From assembly GCF_009914755.1 (NCBI RefSeq), contig NC_060930.1: a stretch of 64,000 nt of DNA. One strand, 5' to 3'. The notes under the pieces were generated by a model that was not told the DNA's origin, made no database searches, and was given only the letters and a program-made list of their open reading frames with translations. Source of the DNA: the human T2T-CHM13v2.0 reference genome, Homo sapiens. Both the position numbers and the translations under genes were made by a program. Shown here piece after piece: positions 45,664 through 64,000 of the stretch; within the stretch, counting starts at the first letter, position 1, and every line of letters starts with the position of its first letter.

Positions 45664-46384
45664 ACAATTCTTCCCATGTATAACACATTTGGAAGGCAGG
45701 AAGGACGTTTTTTGCCAACAGAAAACTCTTAAGAACACAAAAACCAAAAGCATCCCCTTGTTTCCAACATTTTGATTTCAGTATATAAATGATGTTGATG
45801 GAATTTTCTCAGTAAGACAATTCTCATTTCTATGGTTATAGTGATTTAAATTGGCTGCTATGTTACAAAAGAATCTTGAGAAATATCTAAAAACTAAACT
45901 CATATAAAGAAATTTTGACATAGAGGAAAAAAAGAAGGCAGTTAATATGTCAGCACATCTAAACATAAGGCAATGTTAATTTAAAAAACAAAAAGAAAAA
46001 AGCCTGTTGAATAGTGATTGAACATAATATTAAAATCTATGGTTTGGGTTTTGTTATTTGTTTTAATCATGAGAGAAAAATCCTTCAGATGTAAAATTTA
46101 AGTTTTCATTAATTATTAAAAATGTATATTTTTCTATCTTATTCATTCAAGAACAAGCAACCACTTGACAAATGTGGACTAATTTTGACAGTAACCCCTC
46201 ACTACCAGGAATGGAGAAATACACAAGCTTCAGTTGTTTTCTCATGATCCAGACTGCAAATAAAATGCAGTTGCAAATAATATCACCTACAATTTTGTTT
46301 AACTCCAAAGATCTGAGGGTCTCTAATTTGAGCATTACAATCAGAAAAACAAAGCTGATTTTCTTCTTTTTAAAGGGAACCTGA

Positions 46385-46698
<314 letters not shown>

Positions 46699-49686
46699 GG
46701 AACCGAAATATCGCAATCCAGAAACAGGCTGGATGTGGGTGGCAGGTGCAGTGGACGTGGTGTCCTGGCAGCTGCCCTTTCCGTCAGCCCTCCTAGCCAC
46801 CTCTGGCACCCCCGCAGCAACTCTGGGCCTCCCCTGTTGAGGCTCATTGTCCTGTCCTCACTAGGTTGCATTATCTTTTTTTCTAGCATTTTATACTAAG
46901 CTAGCTGTCGACCAAACCGAAGCCTTGTGAAAAGTTTTAACAAGAGAAGATCCTTTCAACTCTTCAGAGCCAAGATTCAGTATTTTTAGGTTTAGTGTTT
47001 CCCAGGGACATTTGCATTTTCATAGGACACTACAGAATCTGAAAGGCCTTTGAAGCTCAAGGAAAAAAGCTACAGCAAGGAATCACTTTCAATCTTTTTG
47101 GGCAGGGCTCTTGCCCCTTGACCCAAGCCGTACCACCACCAGAGCTAGATCCTGACTACGCCAATCCCACCTCACTTCAAGAACTTCCTGTCCAAAGGTG
47201 AGGGAACCTGACTACTGATACCTGCAGCTCCCCACCGTCCATCAGTGTAGCTCCAGGAAATCAAAACCAGGTTTAAAATTTACCATTAGTGTAATGATTA
47301 TCAACATTAATTAGAATTCAGATGCTAGATTTCCTTGGATTTTGAATGTCACTGAAGAACACTTAAAAATGTTCAAAACAATCACCTTTAGAGATGTTTC
47401 CACTCATACTGCCTTGATTTCAAATTAAGTAGTCCAAAAATTCTAATCTAGGACAACGAGTCTCAAACCTTTTCAAGTTTAAGAATGGGTATACTTTTTT
47501 GGCAATTTACGAGATAGTATGTGACAACAAAAATCTATTATGAATTCAGTAGCACTTTACATAGCTTTGAATTTTGTTTCCCACAACATTTACATATATT
47601 TCAAATAAAATACTGCATATACTTGCAATACAAAATATTTATCCAAAGCTCAACATGCTTTTGAGTTCAAAGGCCTCTTGTTATAAATATCCTCATGCCA
47701 CCAGTTGGAAATATCCTGCCTCTAAAAGGTTCAGTGACAGCCAAATCTCAGCATGCTTGAAAGCTGATCATATCTGCTGGAAACCTCATTATTTCCAGAA
47801 AATATTTTTGAAATGGGGACATATCACTTTCAATTATAAGCTGTTGAAGGCTTATGAATAAGTGACTTATGAATAAATCAGTATTATGAATAGCTGTCTT
47901 GGTCCCCTCCCTCCTTCCACCAGGAGTCCTTCACTGCCAGCTAATGAGATGGGGATGAGAGGCAGATTCTGCCCCTCCCAGGCAGGCTGGTGTTGCAGCC
48001 CACAGGGATGACGGAAGATGGACCTGGAGAAGTTCCTGAGTCCACAAGCTGAGGAAGATGCTGCATGAGGAAGGTCGGAGCAGGGGAGCTGTCAATGTGG
48101 GGGCAGCATGCTGAGTCATCTGAATTTTGTCACCTTTCTTGAGATTTCACCAATTAGAGATTACATGTTTTAATATGTCCTTTTCAGTATGAAGAATACT
48201 ATATTCAGGGGGCTCTGAGAAAACTAACATTCAAAGCTTAACATGAATTAGTTTATCAGGACCTCTCCCTTACTGCTTCTCTAAGATTAACTGCTCTATA
48301 GATGAAGGGGTAAATGAGCAGAAAGAGAGGTGATGTGAAAAAAAAAATGCAGCAGCTGGGAGACAGGACACCCCTGCTTGGGGCCCTCAGCAGGAGCTTT
48401 TGGCAAACCTGAAGGTATCAATGCCTTGGGACAAGGACGTGCAAAAGACAAGTATGAGATGCTGAAGATGTGCTACTTCTGATTCAAAATAGTGTTCAGA
48501 GATTTTACCCCTCACTCTTCCTGTTTTCTACTGGCTACAACAACCTTACGCTCAGTAAAGACGTATAAGAATAGCTTTGCAATGAAACTGCTATTCAGGA
48601 AGTATCCCTAGGAAGCCGCTTTTCCAGCTGCGGAAGAAGGACACACAGCCAACACCTGATGGTTCTCCAAAGAAGCCATGCCCTGACTTGTAATTGCCTT
48701 GACCCTTTGCTCAGACGCCTGCACTCAGCCAACTTCCACTCACCCTCCACATCTCAGCTCGACTGCCCCCTTCTCTGACAGGCCAGGGAGACCCAGGCTC
48801 TCTTTCCTCCACGCTCCCACATAGCTGGTACCTCTCCATTGCTACCACACACTTGCCCCCTATAGTTCCACTGGATGCCACGTTCCTCGAGAGCAAGCAC
48901 TGTGTCTTTCAACATGGAAGCTTTAGTGCCTGTCATGGAGTTGGCGCTCGGCAACAGTCTGATGAAGGTACTGGTAGCAATCACTAAATGGGGACTGCAC
49001 AGTAAACGCCAGATATCAGGAGCAGCCTCACAAGTACACAGGAGTAGGCCTTCAACTGGCTGCTTGATCGCAAAGCCACAGCCAGCAGTCACAGCAGGCC
49101 AGACGTTTGAGGTGCAGTGATGCAGAAGATAAACAGCACACAGCTCAGGAAACAGCAGCACAGCTGACGGGAAACACCAGCATGCCATTCTATGGGCTGG
49201 AAACAAACAAGTACAATCCTCATGGCTAAAAGTGGGAGCAGGAAGTGGCTACAAGGGGCTCTCAGGAACAGGCAACGGACAATGACATCAGACTGGTCCA
49301 TGGAATCAGTGCAGGAGGTATCCAAAAACACCTGCACTTAAGATTCAGTTCAATAAAAAGTGACGTTACCCAAGGGCTATGGAAAAGCTGGCCAGGAAAT
49401 CTGTAATGCATTAAAAATAGCATGCCAAAAATAAATCACATCCAAATGATCAATAAAATACACCCTCTGAACTCCTCCCCCAAATTCATACTCACAAAAT
49501 GATGCCATGAACCTTTCTTTGGGGTTGACCACACCTGAAAGTAGGCAGAGAAGCTGAAGGAATATTGAGGGTTTATTTAGAATAGCACACAACCTATAAG
49601 CTGATATTATTTATTCAATGAAAGGTTTAACACATCCAAGATATTACAGGATTCCCTTACATGTACCCAATTAGTATGACAGCACA

Positions 49687-49820
49687 GCTGGGTGCAGTGG
49701 TTCATTCCTGTAATCCCAGCACTTTGGGAGGTCAAAGCAGGAGGACTGCTTGAGGCCAGGGGTTCAAGACCAGCCTGGCCAACATAGTGAGACCTCCTTT
49801 CTCTATTTTCTTGAAAAAAA
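49687..49820 (+). mobile_element. FLAM_C / free left Alu monomer
   Basis: Single monomer plus a short A-tail. Confidence 0.8.
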
Positions 49821-50367
49821 GACAGCAAGTCATATACAAGAAGCCTATTATTTTGTAAGAAAAGTATAACTTATAAACTGAGCTAACATTCCTAAAATAA
49901 GACCCATATGGTTTTGAAAACTGTGATGTGATAATGTCCTTTTCATGAACTCTCCTGATAACACATGTTGATATTCCTTAGGATGAAGATTTGCCCATCA
50001 ATTCAATACACAGAAATAAATTATTTTCATGGAATACTTTCAGGTCTTCTATGTTCTAAGCACAAAGTAGAAACTCAAAAGTGATTGTGAAATGAGTGAA
50101 CAACGATTAATTAAAAAAATAAGAGTAAGAGGGTATAAGATTCAGGAAATACCCCCTTAAGGAAAAAGTTTCATCTAAGCTCAAACAATCATTTTATTTC
50201 ATTGCTTAGTTTTTTGGTGTACGATCATCAACAGGAGAGGGGAGAAAAATCCAAAAACTCTTGCCAACTTATGAAAAAAGCAGTTTGCCTGAAAATCAAG
50301 TAAAACAAGTTGATGAAATGATTTGTAAAGTCAGGAATACTGCCCTGTTATATTTGCATTTCCTTTG

Positions 50368-50482
50368 TTTCTCATGAAGGGTTGCAGCCTGTAGGGTGGC
50401 CATTCTGACAGGCTGGGAAGCACAGCCTCAGGCCAGAAGCCAGACACAAACACTTTGAGGGAGGGGCAGAGGGAACAGAAAT
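50368..50482. repeat. 115-bp direct copy of 51692-51806
   Basis: Only 3 mismatches between the two copies by eye. Confidence 0.93.
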
Positions 50483-50945
50483 AGCATACAAAAAAGGTCC
50501 TGGATGAAAATACAAGATTTTTAGACATTTGAAAACATAAGCTTCATATTATGAAAGACGGTACCATACAAGATAGATATTGTTTTAAATTCAGATAAAA
50601 TGGAACCACACAGCATTCCAGAGAGATGGTAAGTGGTAAGTGACTTGATTAGCATTTTGACATAAACTGTTTTAGGCCTTCCAAAGTCTTTTATCTATCT
50701 TTCCTCACATGCAGAGGAACAACTTCATTCTATTCTTCATGTGCAAAGCAGTTCAATGCTCTTGACAAGTGAGCTTTTTTTTTTTTGGCCTCAGACAGCT
50801 TTGCCATTTCTTAAATTTTCTTATAAAAGCCTATGTAGGTTCCTTAGAAGCAGACCCAGAGCCTGAAAGCTAATTCTTAAGTCGTTTTCATTTTTCTTTT
50901 TTCCTTCCTTTCCTAAGCCTAATTCCTTTTATTTATGATTTTGGG

Positions 50946-52361
50946 TGATGGGGTTCAGGACACAATACCCCAAAATATGGCACTGTGGCGTATTAGATAT
51001 TTGAAGCTGAAAGAATCTGAGAAAACTGCAGAAACAGGAGGATCGCTCTCACCTTCCCCTTGCCCTTCTCCCCTGAGGCAGGCATAAAACCTAGGAAGGA
51101 TCTTCTCATTTTCTCCTGAAGCAGGACACAAGATCCTCATGTGAGAGACGCCAACCCTACACATGGAGAGAAAGGACTCTATCTCAAATAAGAAGAAGAT
51201 GCAGGGACACAGAGAGGAATCTGAACAAACAGAACTTGCTAAGTTCCCCCCAGTTGACTGCTATTACATCATACTCTTTGTCCAGTCATATTTCTACACA
51301 GCTGTCCACTCTTCATCAAGCCTAGCATGCAAATACATCAAGTTTCTGTCGCTTTGGGTCTTCATTTCTGAAGGCTCCCATGTCACATAAAACTTATATT
51401 AAATTTGTATGCTTTTTTCTTCTTTTTCTTCTTCTTCTTATTATTTGAGATAGAGTCTCACTATGTTGCCTAGGGTGGTCTTGAACTCTTGGGCTCAAGT
51501 GATCCTCCAGCCCCTGCCTCCCAAGTAGCTGGAATTACAGGTGCATACCACTATGCCCAGTGGCTTTTTTCTTATTAATCTGTCTTTTGTTATAGGGGTC
51601 TTAACCATGAACCTAGGATGGGTGAGGGAAAGATATTTTTCCTCCTGTCAACTGAAGAATGAGGTTCATAAATCTGGAAAGAAGAGCTTTATTTCTCATG
51701 AAGGGTTGCAGCCTGTAGGGTGGCCATCCTGACAAGCAGGGAAGCACAGCCTCAGGCCAGAAGCCAGACACAAACACTTTGAGGGAGGGGCAGAGGGAAC
51801 AGAAATTGATGCTAAGCAGGGTGGCCACATGTACATATTCAATAAACTGTAGGAGGAGTCATGAATATTTATGAAAGGAGAAAGGTGCACACATGCAACG
51901 GAGCTTCATGCTCCTTCATGGGACTGATGTACAAAAAAATGGTGGCATTAGCAAGATCCAAGGGTGGATTGCTGCCCTCTGATGTCAAAAGGTGAAGAAG
52001 ACCAGAAAACCCTTGCTGTGCAGTCTCTGTAGACTGGCCCGAACCATTCCGTGGTCGGTGGTCTCTTATGGGAAAAAATGCTGGTCAGTTATGCGAAAAC
52101 CGCAAAAGGGAGAAGCAGTGTCTGGTGGTTGGTTGAAATCAGCGGTGGAGTCTTTTGAAAGGGCTGTTTGCTCCTTAGCCCTTGGGTGAGAAAGCCTAAT
52201 CATGGTTAGCCAGGGAGGGGGGCATATGAGAGGCATGTCTGACCTCCTATCCCATCATGGCTGTGAACTCAGTTTTCAAGGTTACTCTGGGTCCCCTTGG
52301 CTAAGAGGAGATCTGTTCAGTCAGTTACGGGGCTTAGGATTTTATTTCTCACTCCCCTACA
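50946..52361 (+). mobile_element. MER34-family LTR containing a FLAM (51412-51562, -) and a second LTR
   Basis: Starts tgatggggttcaggacac..accccaaaatatggcac; resumes and ends with cctaca after the nested LTR. Confidence 0.75.
51646..52351 (-). mobile_element. MER39/LTR48-group (MER4 superfamily) solo LTR; subfamily uncertain
   Basis: On - it begins TGAGAAATAAAATCCTAAGCCCC and ends TGACA; AATAAA at 51693-51688; perfect 4-bp TSD CTCC. Confidence 0.8.
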
Positions 52362-53380
52362 TAAATACGCACACAAGATAAAACACTTTCCTCTTTGCTG
52401 GAATCTCTTAATGTTGATGGTCAAAAGGTCCTATATTTACCATTTAGGATGTTAAGAATCTAAAATGATCCAGCAATATTGTCAAAGGCATTAGAACCAG
52501 AGCAACTCCGTCTTGAATAGAGGCTGGGTAAAAGGAGGCTCAGGCCTCCTGGGCTGCATTCCAAGGATGGTTAGGCATTCTTAGTCACAGGATGAGATAG
52601 GAAGTCAGCAGGACTGTTATCACAAGATACAGGTAATAAAGACCCTGCTGATAAAACAGGATGTAGTAAAGAAGCCTGCCAAAACCCACCAAATCCAAGA
52701 TGGGGATGAAAGTGACCTCTGGTTGTCCTCACTGCTCATTATACACTAGTTACAATGCATTAGCATGCTAAAAGATACTCCCACCAATGCTATGACAGTT
52801 TACAAATGCTATGGCTATGTCCAGAAGTTACTCTACATGGTCTAAAAAGGGGAAGAACCCTCAGTTCCAGGAATCCCCACCCCTTTCCCAAAAAACTCAT
52901 AAATAGTCTACCCCTTGTTTAGCATATGACCAAGAAATAACCATAAAAATAACCAACCAGTAGCCCTTGGGGCTGCTCTATGGAGTAGCTTTTGTTTCTC
53001 CTGTAATAAACTTGCATTCACTTTACTCTGAATTTGCCTTCATTCTTGAACAAGATCCAAGAACCCTCTCTTGGGGTCTGGATTGGGACCCATTTCCAGT
53101 AACATCTTCCTGGCAAACCACCAAGGGACAACACTGGAGAAACCCCGACCCAAAAGAATAGACTGCAGCACTAATTGGCCAACTTTGCGTAAGTAGTATT
53201 TTGTCCAGGGTAAAGAACAGAATTGGGTTAGAGGCCCAACTTAGCAGGGTTAGAATCCCTCCTAAGAAACAGGCAGTTAAAGGTCTTTGGGTTAATCCCC
53301 GGGTTAAAATGCCCAATTTAGCAGGGTTAGAGTCCCTCCTAAGAAATAGGGAGTTAAAAAATCTTTTTTTTTTTTTTTGA

Positions 53381-53485
<105 letters not shown>

Positions 53486-55436
53486 TGAGTAGCTGGGATT
53501 ACAGCCATGCGCCACCAAGCCCAGCTAATTTTTGTATTTTTAGTAGAGACGGGGTTTCACCATGTTGGCCAGGCTGGTATTGAACTCCTGACCTCGTGAT
53601 CTGCCTGCCTCGACCTCCCAAAGTGCTGGGATTACAGGCATGAGCCACTGCACCTGGCCTAAAAGTCTTTGGATTAACTTGCCTTGTGCTCTTTGCTGTT
53701 GGCTGTGGGTGACAGAATTGGGCATGTACAGAAGCACATGGGACATGGGGAGACTTTTCTTCTCAAAGGAGAAACTTAAGAGCTCATGAAGATGCTGGAG
53801 ATCAAGATCCCTTTGTGGCTGACAAGCAGCCACCTGAACTTTTGATTCAGTGTCACCGCACTGGGTGGGTCTTTCCCTGGCCTCCCTGAGCTCCTCGCCT
53901 GCCCAGCCCCATTTCAGGCAATGCTATTTTCCCTTCCCTCCTTCCCTTCCCTTCTCTCTCTCTCTTGCACCCTTTTTCCTTTCCTATCTTTTCTGTCACT
54001 CAGGGCAACTGTCCTCTCTTCCATCCTGCCCAGGGACCACATGTTGAAACTCCTGGTCAGAGGTCATTCCATCCCACTTTGAATGGATTAAATGCTTTAA
54101 GGTCATAAACTGCTTCTTTGACTTGAAAATTGTTCAGCTTGACTGCTTTGGAGCCATTAGATTCTAGATAAGGCCTGGGGACCTGTGGAGTTGGCCATGC
54201 CCCTTGGGTATGCTGGAAAGCATCATACCTTGTCTGCACTTCTGTCTGGTGTCCTAGGCTTCACACCTGGTACCTACCAGGATTTTTACCAAAAATAAAA
54301 GTTGCTAAGAGTTAATACCATAACATACGTAACTGAGACTACTGGCTAAACAGTTTTACATGTAAGGTGTGTTAAAAGTAGAATGTGTTTTTGGTAAAAT
54401 ACTATAAGAAGGCATGGGGGTGGGAATTTTTTTTTTTTTTTTTTTGCCTGGTTTAAAAGGTTAAAGGATTGTTTTAAGTTAGATATGATAAAGCTGAAGG
54501 TTTGAGCAAATTGTGAAAGGTTTGTGAAAGACTAATCTTGTAAAAGAAATTCTGTGTGTAAACACATTGGCTAAAGTTAAAGGGGTAATATTCAGTTTTT
54601 ACATAAATTGAATATTGAAATAAAAGCACTGCAGGGTTTTCTTAGAATATTAATCTTTTATTTAACAGAAAATTTTAACAGTTTATAAAAGGTTTACAGG
54701 AATCCTACCTTATGGTCAAACTGATTAAGACTGGACAAATTTATCTAAGGGTTTTACTAAGAATTGGGTTTAACATTCATAGTACACAAATACAAAGGTG
54801 AAATCTGGCCCATGAAGAAGAATTTCATGTAATATTAAAAGACAATGAAAGATTTTTGTTTGCCTAAGCTACAAAAAAGAGGCAGGAAAAAAGAGATTGT
54901 TTGGAAAGCTAAGTTCTCCTGTATTAACAGGTAAAGGTTTTTGTCTTTTTAAAATCTTTATCATTTTGGCTAAATGACTTATTGTGACCTAGGATTCTAT
55001 TTTATAATATCAAATGTTTTAAACCTTTGATATTTGACAAACTTTCCAAAGTAAAATTATAAATCATGTCTTTTTCTTAATTAATCTTTTAGATATCAGT
55101 CCCCTAAAGTAAAAAATGATATATTTGGCTTATTTGGTATATTAAAATCATACAGGAAGCATTGTTAAATATGAAGTTGTGTTTGGCTTTCTTTGGGTTG
55201 TATCTATATAAATATATTATTGGTATGTGTTCCAAAAATACTGGAAACACCTATAATTTTGATATGACTTAGTGTACGTTATCAGTAATTATATTATGTT
55301 AAATTATTGTATACCACAGAAGCAACCAAATTTCCTTGTCAATTGCATCTTTGATTATGGCTGCCCAAAGACATTTTGTCATCCACAATTGTCTTGTTTT
55401 GATCCTCTTCAAAGGATGGTTTATAATCAACTATAA

Positions 55437-55696
<260 letters not shown>

Positions 55697-55996
55697 TAAG
55701 CCTCCCAAAGTGCTGGGATTACAGGTATGAGCCAACATGCCCGGCCTCTGATGAGTACTCTTAAATGCAGGTCTCTGATAACTTTGAAAAGTATGCCAAT
55801 AAAATAGGAAAGAACTTCCAACACTCTCTTGAAAAACTAATGTATTCATAAATATTGAGCAAAATGGGAATTGCATAAACTGAATAAAACACTGAAATAA
55901 TCTGTTTATGACTTTCTACTTAAAATGTTGCCCATCCTTTCTGTTTTGTTTTTCAGAGTCAAGAAAACTTTTCTTTTGAGCTATTTACAGTTTTTA

Positions 55997-57561
<1,565 letters not shown>

Positions 57562-59208
57562 TTGGGTAAAGTGTACTCCTGTAAACAAAATTTGAAGCAT
57601 ATTTCTTTCTCTCTATCTGATTTCTCCAGAATTTGGAAATTATTTGTATTTGTAATTTATGGCAATATAATTATTTGCATAAGTACAGTAAGAATCTGTT
57701 TTCTTTTGTAACAGGGCCCAGTTGGAGAAACTGGTTATTTTACCAAGGCTTTGACTGAAATGGCATGCTTTCAAATATAAACAGGCTTCTTTAAGGAATC
57801 AAAGTTGACTTACAGAGCCAATAAAAGCTCCTTGGGAAAACTGGCCTCATGCCTTGTCTACACAGTCCCTGCATAGGGTTCTTGACCTGTGGTAAGTAAA
57901 GAATGTCACTTTCTGACAGGCTCAGGAGGCCCAGGTTATCTTGGGACCCTGAAAGAAGGAAACAATTTATCCAACTCACACAGGTATTTGCAAGCACAAA
58001 CCCCTGGCTGGGCTCAAACCTTTAATAAGAAGTCTACTCTAAGATTCCTTACGGAAGAAAGTTCCATCAAAGCCAACTTAAAAAGAGCCTATACAGCAAA
58101 AATTATTCTTGCTGCACTTTATACAAATAATCAGGCCAGGTATAATAAGACTAAAGTTTATTTTGCAAACAAATCAAGCCTATCATGCTTTGTCTTTAGT
58201 AAAAATGGGAGACTGGAGAGAGAAAAACTATGTTTCAATAACTATAGTACACCTGTTACTAGAACCTAGCCTTGTCTGTTGTTTTTGAGTTTTTCCCTGC
58301 AATTTAGACTGACCCAGCTTATTCCTGTGAACCAACCAGTGACCTCTGGATGCAAGCTCAGAAGAAACAAGAGGGATAGGTAATGTAAAAATCTGGATCA
58401 ATATTGTAATTCTAGGCACATATTAGAATCAGCCACTCCAAGTCTGCTTAGTTCCAACAATTGCCCAGTTCATGGAAAGCCTTCTTATTTAGTTTACTTG
58501 AGATAATTTTACTTATTTTGCTTTACTCTTGTGGAATATACTGTCATTGTGCTCTTTGTGTAAGAATGCAGAATAAGTTAACTCAATATTTTATTAAATT
58601 GAACACTTATTAGTCTTCCAAATATCACCTTTGGTCAGAACTCAAGAGTTATGAATGGCCCTCACCATATGGATGCTTTCTGACCAAGCATCTCTCTACC
58701 GTGAATACAAGAGATGCTAATAGTTGGGCGGGAATATCATCACCCCATTCAGCCTAAGGAAGAGAAGATGGATCTTCCTCCCTCTACAACCCTTAGAATT
58801 AAAATTTCCTTGTAAAAGGGAAGGAGAAAATAAGTCAGAGGTATTTGAACCACAGCAACTCCATCTTGAATAGGGGCTGGGTAAAATGACCTGCTGGGCT
58901 GAATTCTCAGGAGGTTAGGCATTCTTAGTCATAGGATGAGATAGGAGGTTAGCAGAACTGGTATCAGAAGATACAGGTCATGAAGACCCTGTTGATAAAA
59001 TAGGATGCAGTAAAGAAGCCAGTCAAAACCCATCAAAACCAGAATGGTGATGGAAGGGACCTCTGGTCATCCTCACTGCTTATTATACATTTATTGTAAA
59101 GCATTAGCATGCTAAAAGACACTCCCAGCAGTCCCATGACAGTTTACAAATGCCAGGACTATGTTCAGAAGTTACTCTGTATGGTCTGGAAAAGGGAGGA
59201 TGCATCAG

Positions 59209-59238
59209 TTCCAGGAAATCCCAACCCCTTTCCTGGAA
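59209..59238. promoter_or_regulatory. Tandem GAS (STAT) motifs TTCCAGGAA and TTCCTGGAA in the MER41B 3'LTR
   Basis: Two TTCN3GAA motifs at 59209-59217 and 59230-59238, at the position of the known MER41B STAT1 sites. Confidence 0.65.
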
Positions 59239-59989
59239 AACTCATGAATAATCCACCCCTTGTTTAGCATATGATCAAGAAATGACCATAAAAACAGCCA
59301 ACCAGCAGTCCTCGGGGCTGCTATGTCTATGGTGTAGCCATTCTTTGTTTATTTACTTCTCTAATAAACTTGGGTTCACTTTACTCTGTGAACTTGCCTT
59401 GAATTCTTTCTTGCACAAGATCCAAGTACCCTCTCTTGGGGTCTGGATCAGGACCCCTTTCTGGTAACAATATCATGTTGTGTTTTTTTCATAATTTATA
59501 GCAGCATTTACTTATCTGTTTCTCTATAATCTAAATTGAGAAACCTTTGACTTTCTGTATACTTCAGAAAATTTATAAAAAGAAAATATGTTCATAGGTA
59601 TCACATGCACAGAATGGAAACACTTAGTAAACATAATAAATGTTTTAGTTTTCTGAGCAAGACACTTCTCACCATTAGCTTAGAAATCCCAAATGGATGT
59701 ATGGATAAGTTGCTTTCCATTTTTTCCCAAAGTCTTATGGAAGAGGAGGAAAGCAATGAAAATATTTAAATTGCTGTGTCTAGGCTATTAAGACTATCTT
59801 TTTCTGGTAAGGAAAACTCAATGAGCAGAACAAAAAAGAGAAGTGTGCCGGGGAATGGAGTAGAAGCCATAGAAACTAGCATAATCACCCTTATTACAAT
59901 CTCCTAAATTATGCAGGCCATAATCTCTGACCATGCAGTATTAAAGGCAGGCAGACTCTCATATGTCCCTAATACTCTTAATCTGCGTA

Positions 59990-60400
59990 ATTCTCCTGGG
60001 TCCAAGCTGCCATCGTTTCTCACTAACTGGCCAACAGCCTCCTACCTGGTCACTCCAAATCCATACTGGCCACCTTCCAAGCCTCTTCCACACAGCAGCC
60101 AGAGTAATTTTTCTAGAAAGCAAATCTGATCATGTTTCCATTGCTCATTAAAAGCCTTCCCTGAGACTACTGCTGTAGCAAGATTGCTTCACATGGCATA
60201 AATGAGTTTCACTGAGAACCAGAAGATGCACTGCACTGCAGCCTTCACGACCTGCTTCTAGCTCTTCAGACTGGCCATATCCCACCTACACATGCTCTTC
60301 CCTCTAGCTGGAATCTCTTCCCTCCCATCTTACCTCCTACTCAGCTTTCAGATCTCAGCTAAAGTACCACTTCCTCACAGAAGAATTTTATGACCTTCCT
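59990..60400 (+). mobile_element. L2 fragment
   Basis: 'ccacacagcagccagagtaatttttctagaaagcaaatctgatcatgt'. Confidence 0.7.
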
Positions 60401-60436
60401 AATAAAGTGAAACCCAACCTATCACAATACCTCATT

Positions 60437-63040
<2,604 letters not shown>

Positions 63041-63206
63041 AAACAAAAATCTCATGTGACCATGTAGTTCGTGTTAGCACTTATTGTGAAGTGTTCAGCA
63101 TATTAAACATTCAGAGGAGAAATACAGAGTACTCTGCAAGCATTTTGCTTCTTTACTAAGAGGCAGCCTCATGCAGTAGAAAGATCACAGGCTCTAAAGC
63201 CAAGAC

Positions 63207-63880
<674 letters not shown>

Positions 63881-64000
63881 CTTTTTTTTTTTTTTTTTTT
63901 GAGACCGTCTCTCTCTATCGTTCAGGATTGAGTGCAGTGGCATGATCTTGACTCACTGCAACCTATGCCTCCTGGATTCAAGCAATTCCCCTGCCTCAGC

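Noticed and set aside
53111-53129. tRNA fragment
   Set aside because: Only a degenerate primer-binding site directly after the 5' LTR

Overview
Human (primate) genomic DNA from the JARID2/DTNBP1 locus (6p22.3, recognised from the encoded peptides). The + strand carries the last ten exons of JARID2 (1669-17419: degenerate JmjC domain, C5HC2-type zinc finger, stop) and a ~1.8 kb 3'UTR. Converging on it from the - strand are the last three exons of DTNBP1/dysbindin-1 (30565-20145). These include a GC-AG intron and the read-through that encodes the dysbindin-1B C-terminus. Everything beyond ~30.6 kb is one large DTNBP1 intron dense in transposon relics: a two-LTR THE1D element, a solo LTR10, nested MER34/MER39-group LTRs, a two-LTR MER41B provirus containing a near full-length Hsmar1 mariner, LTR26, L1/L2/MER fragments and over 20 Alus, including a young AluYa5. 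I found no convincing new gene or previously undescribed biological system. The best leads are regulatory or structural: intact tandem GAS motifs in the MER41B 3' LTR, a 115-bp locally templated LTR duplication, the GC donor and inverted Alus around DTNBP1 exon 8, and the tail-to-tail 3' ends. Exon numbers and repeat subfamily names come from recalled consensus/gene models, not from a search.
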